Shown here one piece after another: positions 1 to 11,367 of a DNA stretch of 64,000 nt. This stretch comes from Octopus sinensis (taxonomy: Eukaryota), in the NCBI RefSeq assembly GCF_006345805.1, contig NC_043003.1, positions 73,284,001 to 73,348,000 of the forward strand, written 5' to 3'. The notes beneath the pieces are model-generated. The model ran no database searches, was not told the DNA's origin, and saw nothing but the letters and a program-made list of their open reading frames with translations. Each line of letters starts with the position of its first letter. The stretch's first letter is position 1. A program made the position numbers and the translations under genes.

Positions 1-1324
1 GCATCCACCACAAATGACACTATCACCAGGGCCTTAGAATAACAACCAAGCAAATATTGAAAAGGGCATATTCAAAATACTCATTTCGCATGAAATTATT
101 CAGAACTACTCCAGTCACTACTATTGCAACCACAACCGGTCACTTTTATGTCACTTGCCCATATAAGTGGATTCCACCAACATCCTGCTACTGACATACC
201 ACTCCCCCATTCTTCTTCTTCTTCTTCTTCTTCTTCTTCACCTCAATTCTATACTACTACTGTTGCTTAAACAATCAAAGACAAGAATTCATCTCCAACT
301 AGCTGTTGCTAACTATCTAGAACGCACAAACGTAAAAAAAAGATAGACAGAGACAGACAGAGAAAGGGGAATTTCTCTCGCATTTGAAAACTATGGAAAT
401 ATAAAAAAAAAACACATTTTGATGTAATTTTTCCACAATTTAATTGTTTTTCATACATTACTCTAAGTTGAAAAACTCGCAAAGACTGAAACGGGTACTA
501 AACTGTTCATGATAAAATTATTTTAGCATTTTCTACCTTGTCTTATATATATATATATATATACACACACACATATATCGCTTATATGTAATGCATACGC
601 ACGCTTGCGCGTTCACACACATACCAATATGCATATACATGTACATATTTATGTGTGTGTATGTAAGCCTGTGTGTAATAATGTCTATGCATATATATTT
701 GTGCAAATGTTCAAATTAGATAAAGGCAAGTGACGGCCAACAAAATCTATTAAGCTATAAACATATTATTCTCGAATGTTCCAACTTGCTAATTGCTTTC
801 AATCAATTGCTTAACCTTGTGCCATCAGAGTTTGCTGTTTAGAGATTCAACTGCTGCAGGCAATATGTCAGTAATTTTGTTAATCTGAATATCAGCTTGT
901 TTGTCTCTGTTTGCCTCATTTCATTTCAATTAGTTCTTTCCTTCTGTTGATCAATTTAATCACTACTACCACCTCAGCTACAAACATGCAGTCTTTATAA
1001 GCTGCCTTTTCTACATCAATTTTAGTGACCACTGCTCCTAGCACTGGTTGACCTCTTGACACCTTCAATCAAGATTACTTGATTGAACTCGACTCTCGTT
1101 CTCTCATCACCGTTAGTTTGTCGAAATACAAGCACGTAGCCCTTCGTTCAGAATACCGCCCGTGCCAATCGTGTAGTCAATTTGTGACTATAACAACAGT
1201 CACCTTCTACATACAAAACCATTAATAAAATGTATACAAAATAAATTTATACTTCTCCTAAGTTTCATTTAGAAGTCATTGAAGTTTGTGATGGGGACCC
1301 ACATCCAATATTATTATCAAATTT

Positions 1325-1524
1325 TGGCGCAAGGCAAGTAAGTCCGCAGTTGAATGTAAGGTGGTTACAACGACCACAGTACTTAACTGGTACTTATTTT
1401 AGCGACTAGAAAAGGATGAAAGTCAAAGTCAACCTCGACGGAGTTCGCACTCAGAAAGTAAAGACGTACGAAACACCACTAACAATTTTGCCTGGCGTGG
1501 CAACGATTCTGTCAGCTCGCCACC
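1325..1524 (-). mobile_element. SINE family A copy, degenerate
   Basis: Reverse complement of the family-A core (ggcgagctgacagaatcgtt...gactttgactttcatcctt...aagtaccagtt) seen intact at 20726-20957. Confidence 0.75.
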
Positions 1525-1767
1525 TAAAATCCACCCTAAAATCAGATTTTGATACAAGGCCAGCAAGTTCGGAAGAGGGGATAAGTCGGTCAAAGTGATC
1601 GCGGTGTTGACGTAATACTTATTTTATCGATCCCGAAAACACCCATACTGACGCTATTTTTTACTTCAGTTTCAACATTTCTGTATGCTCTGGATGTATA
1701 AAATACTACACGTGGTAATACGTTTTTAGGGGGTGTTCTATCCAAAATATGTTAGTTATTTGAGCTA

Positions 1768-1900
1768 AGGTGATGAGCTGTCAGAATAATTTGCATGCCG
1801 AGCAAAATTCTTAGGGGCATTTCGTATGTGAGTTCAAATTCAGCCGAAGTCAGGTTTTCCTTTCATCCTTTCAGGTCGATAAAATAAGTACCAGTCGAGC
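1768..1900 (+). mobile_element. SINE family A copy, degenerate and truncated
   Basis: gagctgtcagaat...gagttcaaattcagccgaagtc...cctttcatcctttcaggtcgataaaataagtaccagt matches family A. Confidence 0.75.
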
Positions 1901-2139
1901 TATATATATATTTATAGTAAATGAGAGACGAAAGATGTAAGATACGGAATTTTTTATTAATCACTACAGTTGTTTTGACATATCTAGCATCGATCCCTCA
2001 CATATGGGATATTTATAAACTGGTTCAGGTGCATCCGACGGTGAAGATGTGTCTCTTCGAGTTATAAATAGATATAACTCGTTCCACTGTGTAATTCTTA
2101 TTTCGTGTAAAGAAAAGCAACAAATGAAAGGATATAGCT

Positions 2140-3010
2140 TCATTTATATAGAATATGAAGAATGAAATAACAGATGCAAAAAAGAAACCAATACGCAATG
2201 CAGCGAAAAATGTATTTAAAATGTAAACGGATATGGATGTATAAATACCATCACGTAGGTTGTATGGCCCATGTATACTCGCTCATACGCGCATCTTCAT
2301 CGATGTAAGGATACGCGCACGTGTTGTTTGGTACACATATGTAAAGAGGGCAAGCTAAATAGCTACATGGTGTTTATAATATTGGGGAGGTTAAAGCTAA
2401 ACTTGATTCATCCACACCTTAAGGTAAACTATGTTAACAGTTACTCAAATTCATTCCCACTACATTTTGCGAAAGTACATTTATGTGCAATTAAGCATTT
2501 TGTGAGTGGTTCAGAAATTCTATTAATGTTTCATACGGCCGTCCCCTTGCGTGCACAGTACATTTTCCGCTAACACTATTAATTTAGAGCAGCATATGCC
2601 GACATAAGCAACGGCAAAATGAAAAACCATTTCAATAACCCACCTATTGGAACTAGCAAACATATATATCAAAATACCAACAAAGAAGATGTAAACTGCA
2701 ATGAAAAGCACCAAATACGGCCAAATCGTGTTAGCAGAAATGATTGTGATATAGCTAACACGCTAAAATCATCGGAAAATCAAGTCAGAACTGTCATATA
2801 TACAAATAAGTATAATAAATGCTCATGCAAAGAAAAATCATGATGACCAATGATGAAGCTCTATATGAGTACAAATCTTGTGCATAAATGTACCCTGCAC
2901 ACAAGGGGAGGACCGTATGTTTACATAGGGCAAATGGCTCATTCTTTTAAGAATCGTTATCGCAACAATGTCACCAGTTTCAAGCTTTCGTCTCTCATTT
3001 ACCGTATACA
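2140..3010 (+). pseudogene. Penelope-like retroelement remnant (RT thumb + GIY-YIG endonuclease)
   Basis: In-frame KCSCKEKS**PM...LVHKCTLHTRGGPYVYIGQMAHSFKNRYRNNVTSF parallels the CxC..CP..VY..Y(I/V)G..FK.RY..H..SF motif in the copy at 50287-50667; upstream NYVNSYSN resembles the RT thumb. Confidence 0.75.
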
Positions 3011-3069
3011 TAACGAACACTGTAAAAGTTACCGTGCTTCACCAGTGAACTACCAGGTATAAACCATTA

Positions 3070-3485
<416 letters not shown>

Positions 3486-4922
3486 GACTGAGTGTAGGAG
3501 TAATATAACTTCCAGGAGATGCCGTCTCTGCTTCGAGGAATCCTTGTCTATTCTGTGAACTATTGAGAAGATCATTAATAGAATTTCTGAAAGACTCTAG
3601 AGATGCCTACACGCATATAACTGTACTTTCGTACAACGCAGCGTGAAAGAATTTCGAGTAAACGTTAACACAATTTACTTTACTTTAAATTATGGATGAC
3701 TTAAGTTTATTTTTAACCCCGGCATCCTTACAAACAAGTAGAAAACATAGGCGCAGCAACAAGCTACGAGATTTTGTTTTTAACCAAAGCCACCTATTTG
3801 CTCTCTTTACAACTTCGGTGATTGAACATATCCGTCTCTCCTTTTTTGCTCTCTCAGAGTATATGAGGGCACTGAGAAAAGAGAATCTGGATGATAAAGA
3901 GGAGAATCGAAAACCCAACTTACTTTTTTCTTTCCCGCTGAACCACTATCACGGATTTCAGAAGTAAATTAGGAAACCAAATCTGAATAAGTTTTGTACT
4001 TCAAAAGTTTGAAGGGGAAGGAATCTTATTCCCACATAAATTCAAAAGTTCATAAATTGTGACAATACAATGTAGGAGGATATCAACAAGTGTACAAATA
4101 GAAAGATACGAGAAGAACTATTAGAACTACGGAAATGTTATGTAAAAAATAAAGAGGAAAAACCAAATAAAATATTGAATACGAAAAGTTTGTGGTACAC
4201 AATAATATAAAGCCAAATCAAAGGCAGAAATAGTTAACCCACTCAGCAACAACAGAAAAGAATCCAAACTCCTTTGGTAGCAGTTACAAAAAAGATTATT
4301 TTTTTCTAGATACACCCAAGTTGACAAATCCGTCCGGAACACACACGGTCAGTTTCCGTCCATTGATGGTTTATACATTTTGGTTTTACCTTCGAACACT
4401 TGGTCTGCAGAGCGCATCACAACTGCCTTTCAACCGACTGTGGCACGCTGACTGAATCGACACTTTCCTTCTTTTGCAAATGGAAGTAAGTAGTCATCTT
4501 TTGGTGGCTATACTGATGAAAGCTAAGGCGGATTAAAGTTTCTGAGGTAAGAATTTCTCTTTTGAGAACAAACCCTCATTAGCACGTGAGAGAGTTGGGC
4601 GTAATTTTGTTAATAATCTTTATGAAAGGTCTTTGAGTGAAACTTTCATTCGTGGTGAAATAGTCATATAAATGAACCTACATTCTTCCACATGCCAGAG
4701 AAAGTGTTATTGTTCGTATTTCGTTCTATACCTTGTAAAGCGCATAAATATAATGGGTTGAGATTTGAATTTCCTTCACACTTAAAAAATACTATAAACG
4801 TAGCCTCCGGTGGCGTTCAAAATATCTGTTTGTTTTGGAGTAACACCAAATCATATATCAGGAAATGCATCAAGGTAGAAATATTTTTAATAACTGTCTG
4901 AACTCAAAATATTTTCCATAGA

Positions 4923-4965
<43 letters not shown>

Positions 4966-5656
4966 TAGCATCCTCCTCTACTTTTTGGTCGTCCCTTCCT
5001 CCTTCCTCACTATGTTTGTGTATGTGCGTGTCTGTGTTGATAAAAGCAGAAAATATACAGTCAGCCCTGTCACCTCCTCGACTCTATCAACTATCTGTTG
5101 ATAAATATATAACGAAATAAAATAACAATAGGAAAGAATAAAAAAACCCAGTCCTCTTAACCAATTATTCTGCCTACCCAGACAGTCATCCAAATATTAA
5201 CACTAAACAGAAAAGTCGTAATGGAAGCTATAAAAACACAAGATTTGATCTTATGTTGGTAATTAACTGATTACGTAAAATACATCACCTTGTGGACAAT
5301 AAAACATTGGAGATCGTTTTAAAACATCTATAAAACCACAATGAAAAATACACAATGGAACGTTTATAGAGAAACACTATGCGTAGTAATGGATTTTTCA
5401 CCTTTTTGATCTGATTATTTTTACTTTGTTTACTTTTTGGATTTATTCTGTTTTGTTATTTTATAAATATGTTTTTCCTTTCTCGTATTGAGTCAGCAGA
5501 GTGAGAAAAACCAGTAGTTTGTTAGACTAAATTCATATGGGTGTTTGGTTACTCCACTTTTTGAATTCTTTATTTCTGATATATACAGGTCGTAGGGGTG
5601 AAGTGTTCAGGCAGAAAATATTTTCTTTTCTAACACACCGGTTTTCATGACTGTGT

Positions 5657-6045
5657 GGAGGCACAATGGCCCAGTGGTTAGGGCAGCGGACTCGCGGTCA
5701 TAGGATCGCAGTTTCGATTCCCAGACCGGGCGTTGTGATTGTTTATTGAGCGAAAACACCTAAAGCTCCACGAAGCTCCGGCAGGGGATGGTGGTGATCC
5801 CTGCTGTACTCTTTCACCACAACTTTTTCTCACTCTTACTTCCTGTTTCTGTTGTACCTGTATTTCAAAGGGCCGGCCTTGTCACTCTCTGTGTCACGCT
5901 GAATATCCCCGAGAACTACGTTAAGGGTACACGTGTCTGTGGAGTGCTCAGCCACTTACACGTTAATTTCACGAGTAGGCTGTTCCGTTGATTCGGATCA
6001 ACCGGAATCCTCATCGTTGTAAGCGACGGAGTGCTTCCATTCCCA
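5657..6045 (+). mobile_element. SINE family B1 (tRNA-derived, full length)
   Basis: Pol III A box tggcccagtgg and B box-like gtttcgattcc; 14-bp TSD tttcatgactgtgt at 5643-5656 and 6046-6059. Confidence 0.9.
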
Positions 6046-6069
6046 TTTCATGACTGTGTAGGAGTTTAC

Positions 6070-6150
6070 TTTAAAACTACATGGTTCCTGGTTCAGTTTC
6101 ACTACGTTGCCGTCTGGAGCACGTCTCTTGTTCTATAGCCTCGGATCAAT
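6070..6150 (+). mobile_element. SINE family D 5' fragment
   Basis: acatggttcctggttcagtttcactacgttgccgtctggagcacgtctcttgttctatagcctcgg resembles the family-D head at 56380-56460. Confidence 0.55.
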
Positions 6151-6424
6151 TAAATTCATTGAGTAGATTTATTACTTAGAACACATACACATACACACAC
6201 ACACGCACACACATATATGCATGTGTGCATGTGTCTGTGTGTATCTATATATATAATATACATATGTGTGGATGTGTGTATATATGCGGGTGCGTGTCTA
6301 TATTTTGTTCCCATCACAGACAGATAACCGGTGTTTATTCGTTTACGACCCGGTAATTTAGCGTCGAGGCAATCTAATAATTGTGACAAGAACAAGATAT
6401 AAGATAAGTATTTACTCCTCCCCC

Positions 6425-6507
6425 ACTTCTTCTTCTTGTTCTTCTTCTTGTTCTTCTTCTTGTTCTTCATCTTGTTCTTCTTCTTCTTCTTCTTCTTCTT
6501 CTTCTTC
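6425..6507. repeat. (TTC/TTG)n triplet microsatellite
   Basis: Direct reading; explains the poly-K/S/F ORFs here. Confidence 0.95.
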
Positions 6508-6646
6508 CCTGGAATTAAAAACAGCAATTGCTACTACCACTGGAAAGGATATTTTCGAAATATGCATAAGTCAAACATATGTGCAACAGATATAATCATT
6601 CTCAGTATTAGACAGCTGTATATTTAATTGCCCTTAACTATGGTTA

Positions 6647-7215
6647 GTGAAGGCGTATGGCTCAGTGGTTAGAGCGTCGAGCTTGCGATCGCGAGGTTGT
6701 AAGTTCGAATCCCTGACCGGACTGAGTGTTACGTTCTTGAGCAAGAGAGTTTATTTAACGTTGCTCCAGTTCACTCAGATGTAGAAATGAGTTGCGACGT
6801 CACAGGTGTCAAGCTGTATCTGTTTCTTTACTGCCAACAAGGGGCTAAACATAGAGGGGACAAACAAGGACAGAAAAACGGATTAATTCGATTACATCGA
6901 CCCCAGTGCATAACTGGTACTTAATTTATCGATTCTGAAAGGATGAAAGGCAAAATCGGCCTCATCGGAATTTGAACTCAGAACGTAAAGACTGACGAAA
7001 TACTGCTATGCATTTCGCCAGGCGTGCTAACGTTTCTGCCAGCTCCCCACAAGCTGTATCGGCCTTTGAATTTCCCTTGGATAACACTGGTGGTGTAGAG
7101 AGGGGAGACTAGTATGCATGGGTAACTGCTGGTCTTCCGTAAACAACCTTGCCCGGACTTGTGCCTGGGAGGGTAACATCATAGATGCAATCCCATGGTC
7201 AATCATGACTGAAGG
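6647..7215 (+). mobile_element. SINE family C (tRNA head), interrupted by a family-A insertion
   Basis: A box tggctcagtgg, B box gttcgaatccc, cttgagcaag...gttgctccagttcactcag domain; sequence resumes after the insert at 7050. Confidence 0.8.
6821..7049 (-). mobile_element. SINE family A nested in family C
   Basis: Near-complete family-A reverse complement flanked by 11-bp TSD caagctgtatc (6810-6820 and 7050-7060). Confidence 0.9.
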
Positions 7216-7948
7216 AGGTCTCAGCAACAATGGTTAATAAATAGGAGCCTGGTAAGATTTGAAAACAACAACTTGAACAAAAGAAAATAGCGCAAACTGC
7301 TTTAGCAATTCTATTCACTAATCTAATAAAAACAATGCCAAAAACAACAATATTTTGTTTATTAGCCGCAATGGATTGAAACAACAAACTTCAATGTGCG
7401 GTCAACAGGACGTTTACAAATATGAGTGAAAAGAGTCAACAAACTATTTCATAATTAATACTGGGCGATTGAAGGCGGTGAATTGGCAGAATCATTAGCG
7501 CAACAAACAAAATGCGGGCAAATAACATGAAAACCCAAACTCATGATCTTTTGCGAGACACGACGTTGTGTATGGATATACCTGCTGTGACCCAAACTGC
7601 AAAATTGATGGAATACAATATGATGCACAGCTTCCCACCTATAAAGGACAGTTGCAGGATGGGTCGAAACGATCGTCGTACACACTAATGACTAATACCA
7701 AATTCATCTTTAGTTTCCTTAATCGATTATTATCTCAACTGAAGTAGATCCAACGGAAACATACCTCAATTACGGATGACACCAGGTATCCCAAACTGCG
7801 TCAGTACTTTACTCAATACCTCAGCGCACTAATTGACATATACCCATTAGTCCTAACTATTACACACACACATACACACACATGCACTCATATTGATAAT
7901 ATTAAAAATAAGGATTACTCCGAAGTTGCAAAAATTATATACTGCCTT

Positions 7949-8039
7949 TTAAGACCAACACCGGTTTCAATTGCACCGAGTAGTAATCGTTGCAATTGCA
8001 ACCCTACTATAAAATGGTGCAGCCTCTTCAGGGTCTTAA
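7949..8039 (-). ncRNA. Type I hammerhead ribozyme motif, core intact
   Basis: Minus strand: UUAAGACC-CUGAAGA-[stem II ggcUGCACC...GGUGCAauu]-GAAA-C(CGGU)G-UU-GGUCUUAA; 8-bp perfect stem I, GUU triplet. Confidence 0.75.
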
Positions 8040-9654
8040 CTTGATATGTCTTGGTATGGCGGTTTAAGGATTTTGTTTTATAAACTCTGCGTTGTAGAGA
8101 TTCTGTTAGGTCAGTTATTATTGGATAATCATTTTCAGTTCATCATTTCAAAACCTTGTATAGTTTAAATGATAAAACGGAGAAGAGGAAACAAATATGG
8201 ACGACTTGTACAGAAACACCCGCGTGTGGGGAACAGTTCTCAAAAATAGCCCCCAATTGTTTTCCCCCCAAAGTCCTATGTCCTCGGAATCTACATAGTC
8301 CGAGATATATTTGTAGTGAAAGTTAAAACGAATTAAATTGGACTCCGGTGAATTTTCCGAAATTCCCTACCGCAACCCCTCCTAAAACACTCCTCGACCC
8401 AAATTTTGTATATTCGAAATCTACATGATATAACACATATTCGTAGACAATTTAATTAAAAATTAAATTTTTTTCTTAAAGTTTCGATCATCCAAAATCG
8501 CGGTGTGGGGCAGAAATATGTAGTTATGACTTTGAGCACAAAGAGATTTCAGCTCAAGCAAATTTATTCAACCATTTCTTCTAAAAGATTTCAGTATAAA
8601 CTTTCAGAAGATATGTTCAAAAAGAAACAAAAGTATTCCGTGAATCTTCTCAGCCGCAAAAGCCGTTGTATCAATGATGGAAGTTTTTCTTACCTTTTGC
8701 TGAATTCACAAACTGACTAGTGGGAATAAAATGACCTGTTAATTTTCATCTCCGTTCATATACGTGAGTATGTGTGCGTTACCAGTACCATAAATCTCTC
8801 TCTCTCTCTCTCTGTATCTATCTATCTGGCTATCTTTCACCCTCTCACTTTTCTCTCTTTCTCTCTCTCTCTTTCTGCCTCTTTCTCTTCCCTCACTGAC
8901 GCTACCTCTTACTTCAACTTCATTTCAACCCATTTCACACCATTCAATTCTTTCATCCCTCACCCACAACACTATTTATTGCCCTGTCAACACTCTCCAG
9001 CACCACATTTTTCTTGTGTACGTAGATTTTTTGTCGCCACACACCCGCACACATAAGTCTATCTCCAGTTTATTTCTCTACAGGGAATGAAGATGGCATT
9101 ACTTTCTGTACTAACCAGTTCTATACTACATACACGCATGCACGCATGCACGTACGCACGCACGCACGCACAGACAGACAGACAGACAGACACACACACA
9201 CACATACACACAAACATACACACATAAACACACGCACTCATACGCGTTTGTAATTACCTACATGTTTTTCGCATACCGCTAAATCGAAAGAAATAACCTA
9301 TTCCCTCTTTAGCGACATCATATCTTATGAATATGATGAAAACGACCTATTGTCTCAAAAGTGTCCAAAATTTGATCACAGAAGGGATGTAGGAAATTTT
9401 TTTTTAATAACTCATTCTCGAATTGCCTCCGTTCTCTGTTGGTACACTAAACATTGTGTACAAAATGTATAAATTCAACATAACCCTATAAATGCATCAC
9501 CAAAATATTACCATACCCCACGTTGGGAGTCGCGGGTTCCACAATATATTTAATTATTTATTCCACTGTAGACCCAGTAAATGACCCCAACCTAAATTGA
9601 CACAAACATTTATTTCCCTAGCCGGTTTCAATAATATCTAATCCTTTCCCAATA

Positions 9655-9862
9655 ATACCTATTTCTTTATTAACCACAAGGGGCTAAACACAGAGGGGAC
9701 AAACAAGGACAGACATAGGTATTACATCGATTACATCGGCCCCAGTGCGTAACTGGTACTTAATTTATCGACCCCGAAGGGATGAAAGGCAAAGTCGACC
9801 TCGACGGAATTTGAACTCATAACGTAACGGCATTTCGCCCGACGTGCTTAACGTTTCTGCCA
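9655..9862 (-). mobile_element. SINE family A copy with small internal deletion
   Basis: Matches the 37654-37889 copy from the tail (atacctatttctttatt) to gtttctgcc. Confidence 0.9.
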
Positions 9863-10279
9863 AATACCAAATCCTTTGCCCCACTCTTTTCTTTATTTGT
9901 ATTTTTATTCTTTTCGTTAACAATTTTAGACATTTACCCACTCCCATATATTATTTCTTCACAAATATGCTTTCCTTCTTGTTCTCTGAATCTGAAGTTT
10001 CCCTGCATTTTCGATCAAATGTCCTGCGAGTTAACATGGCATCCCTTTTGATTAAGGGATCTTTGGCCTGACGAGCAGCCAGCGGTAATCCGCTGGCTGC
10101 TCGTTTGGGCAATTACTACTTCCGCGGTTCTGCTAGCTAAGAAAGATATGTAGCCTGGATTTTATTTACTTCATTCCCTAAATTTATATTTTTATTTGAA
10201 TACACAGTAACCACTGTTACTAACCGTGAACTATAAAATAACGTTTGTCAGCTTATCGAAATTCAGTATGGGAAACATG

Positions 10280-11367
10280 TACAAACTTCAGTCAATATAA
10301 AGATCCTCAGTCCGAAGTAGGTATAAAAAAGGACTTTCAGGAACAATAGTGGTTTCTTGACGTAGAAAATTGGGTCAATATAAAGATCCTCACCCGTTAA
10401 CGAAAGCAAAATAAAAAAAAAACAGCTTGCTGTGTGTTAGCAAGTGTGTAGGAAACGAAAATGAAGAAAAGAAAATTGCGCAAATGAACCTAGTGGGTGT
10501 GGAGAGGACCTCTGGAAAATTCACACGATTCAATTTTTCCCTCGTGACTTTCAGGAAAATGGATATCTATTGATTTTTGTTACGGAAGAATCCGATTCTG
10601 CAAAATTCTTTTCAAAAATTGCAAATTCAAAATTTCAATTACCCCACACCACCCACTACCCCCAGCCACAATTTCTTCATTTTTCACTTTTCCTGGAATT
10701 TTTTTTTGTAAAATACATAGAAAAATACGAAGATTACGATTCTGAAAAAATATTGTTAGCAAAATTTCAATTTTTCAAAAAAAAAAAAATGAAAATAGAA
10801 AAAATACCCCCAACTTCCTCTCAATTGTACAGCCTTGGCCTTCAAGCAGACTATCGACATGCTAGAAATCACAGCCAAATTCAAAAAAATTTCGATAACA
10901 TAATGAAAGAAATATGTTATTAATTTCTCAACTTTGTGCAAAGATTTCTTTCAGAGTAATTTGCCGCAGTAATATGACAAAGTAATTCATGTGAAATTTT
11001 AAAACAAATTAACACTTAATGAAATTTTGAATTTGTGATTATTGAAAAAGATTTTTCAGAATCGGATTCTCTCCACAGCCAAAAACGTGGGATTTTGTAA
11101 AAGAAAAATCAATATATATCCATTTTCCTGAAGGTCATGAGGGAATAATCGGATCTTGTGAATTTTCCGAAAGTCCTCTCCCCATCCCCTTTTTGTGCAA
11201 TTTTTTGTTCATATTCGTTTCCTACACAGTTGTTAAAGCCCAGCGAGATGGGGGGGGGGGGTTGCTTTCGTTAACGGGTTAGGAACTTCATATTTACCCA
11301 ACCGTCTACTGTTCCTGAAAATTCTTTTTTATACCTACTACGGACTGCTCAAAGTTTACGAAGTTTA
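10280..11367. mobile_element. Foldback/MITE-like element with ~350-bp imperfect inverted arms
   Basis: Arm ~10280-10641 is the reverse complement of ~11016-11367 (e.g. cagtccgaagtaggtataaaaaag vs ctttttatacctactacggactg; agaatccgattctg vs cagaatcggattct); no transposase. Confidence 0.75.

Noticed and set aside
3859-3963. Exon-like segment with acceptor and donor-like sites
   Set aside because: Equally good splice-like signals occur on the opposite strand and the peptide is unrecognisable.
4506-4645. CUGAUGA...GAAA with flanking ggctat/atagtc pairing
   Set aside because: No stem I can form (UH abuts the core) and there is no coherent stem II; treated as chance.
5657-5730. tRNA-like sequences here and at 6647, 25521 and 56345
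   Set aside because: They have A/B boxes but no complete cloverleaf, and continue into SINE bodies, two of them with TSDs.
7557-7745. HDVVYGYTCCDPNC frame resembling a GIY-YIG start near the 7949 hammerhead
   Set aside because: No YIG motif, and it is on the opposite strand to the hammerhead; unsupported without a search.
10570-10923. 117-aa ORF
   Set aside because: Falls within the AT-rich foldback element and has no transposase motifs.
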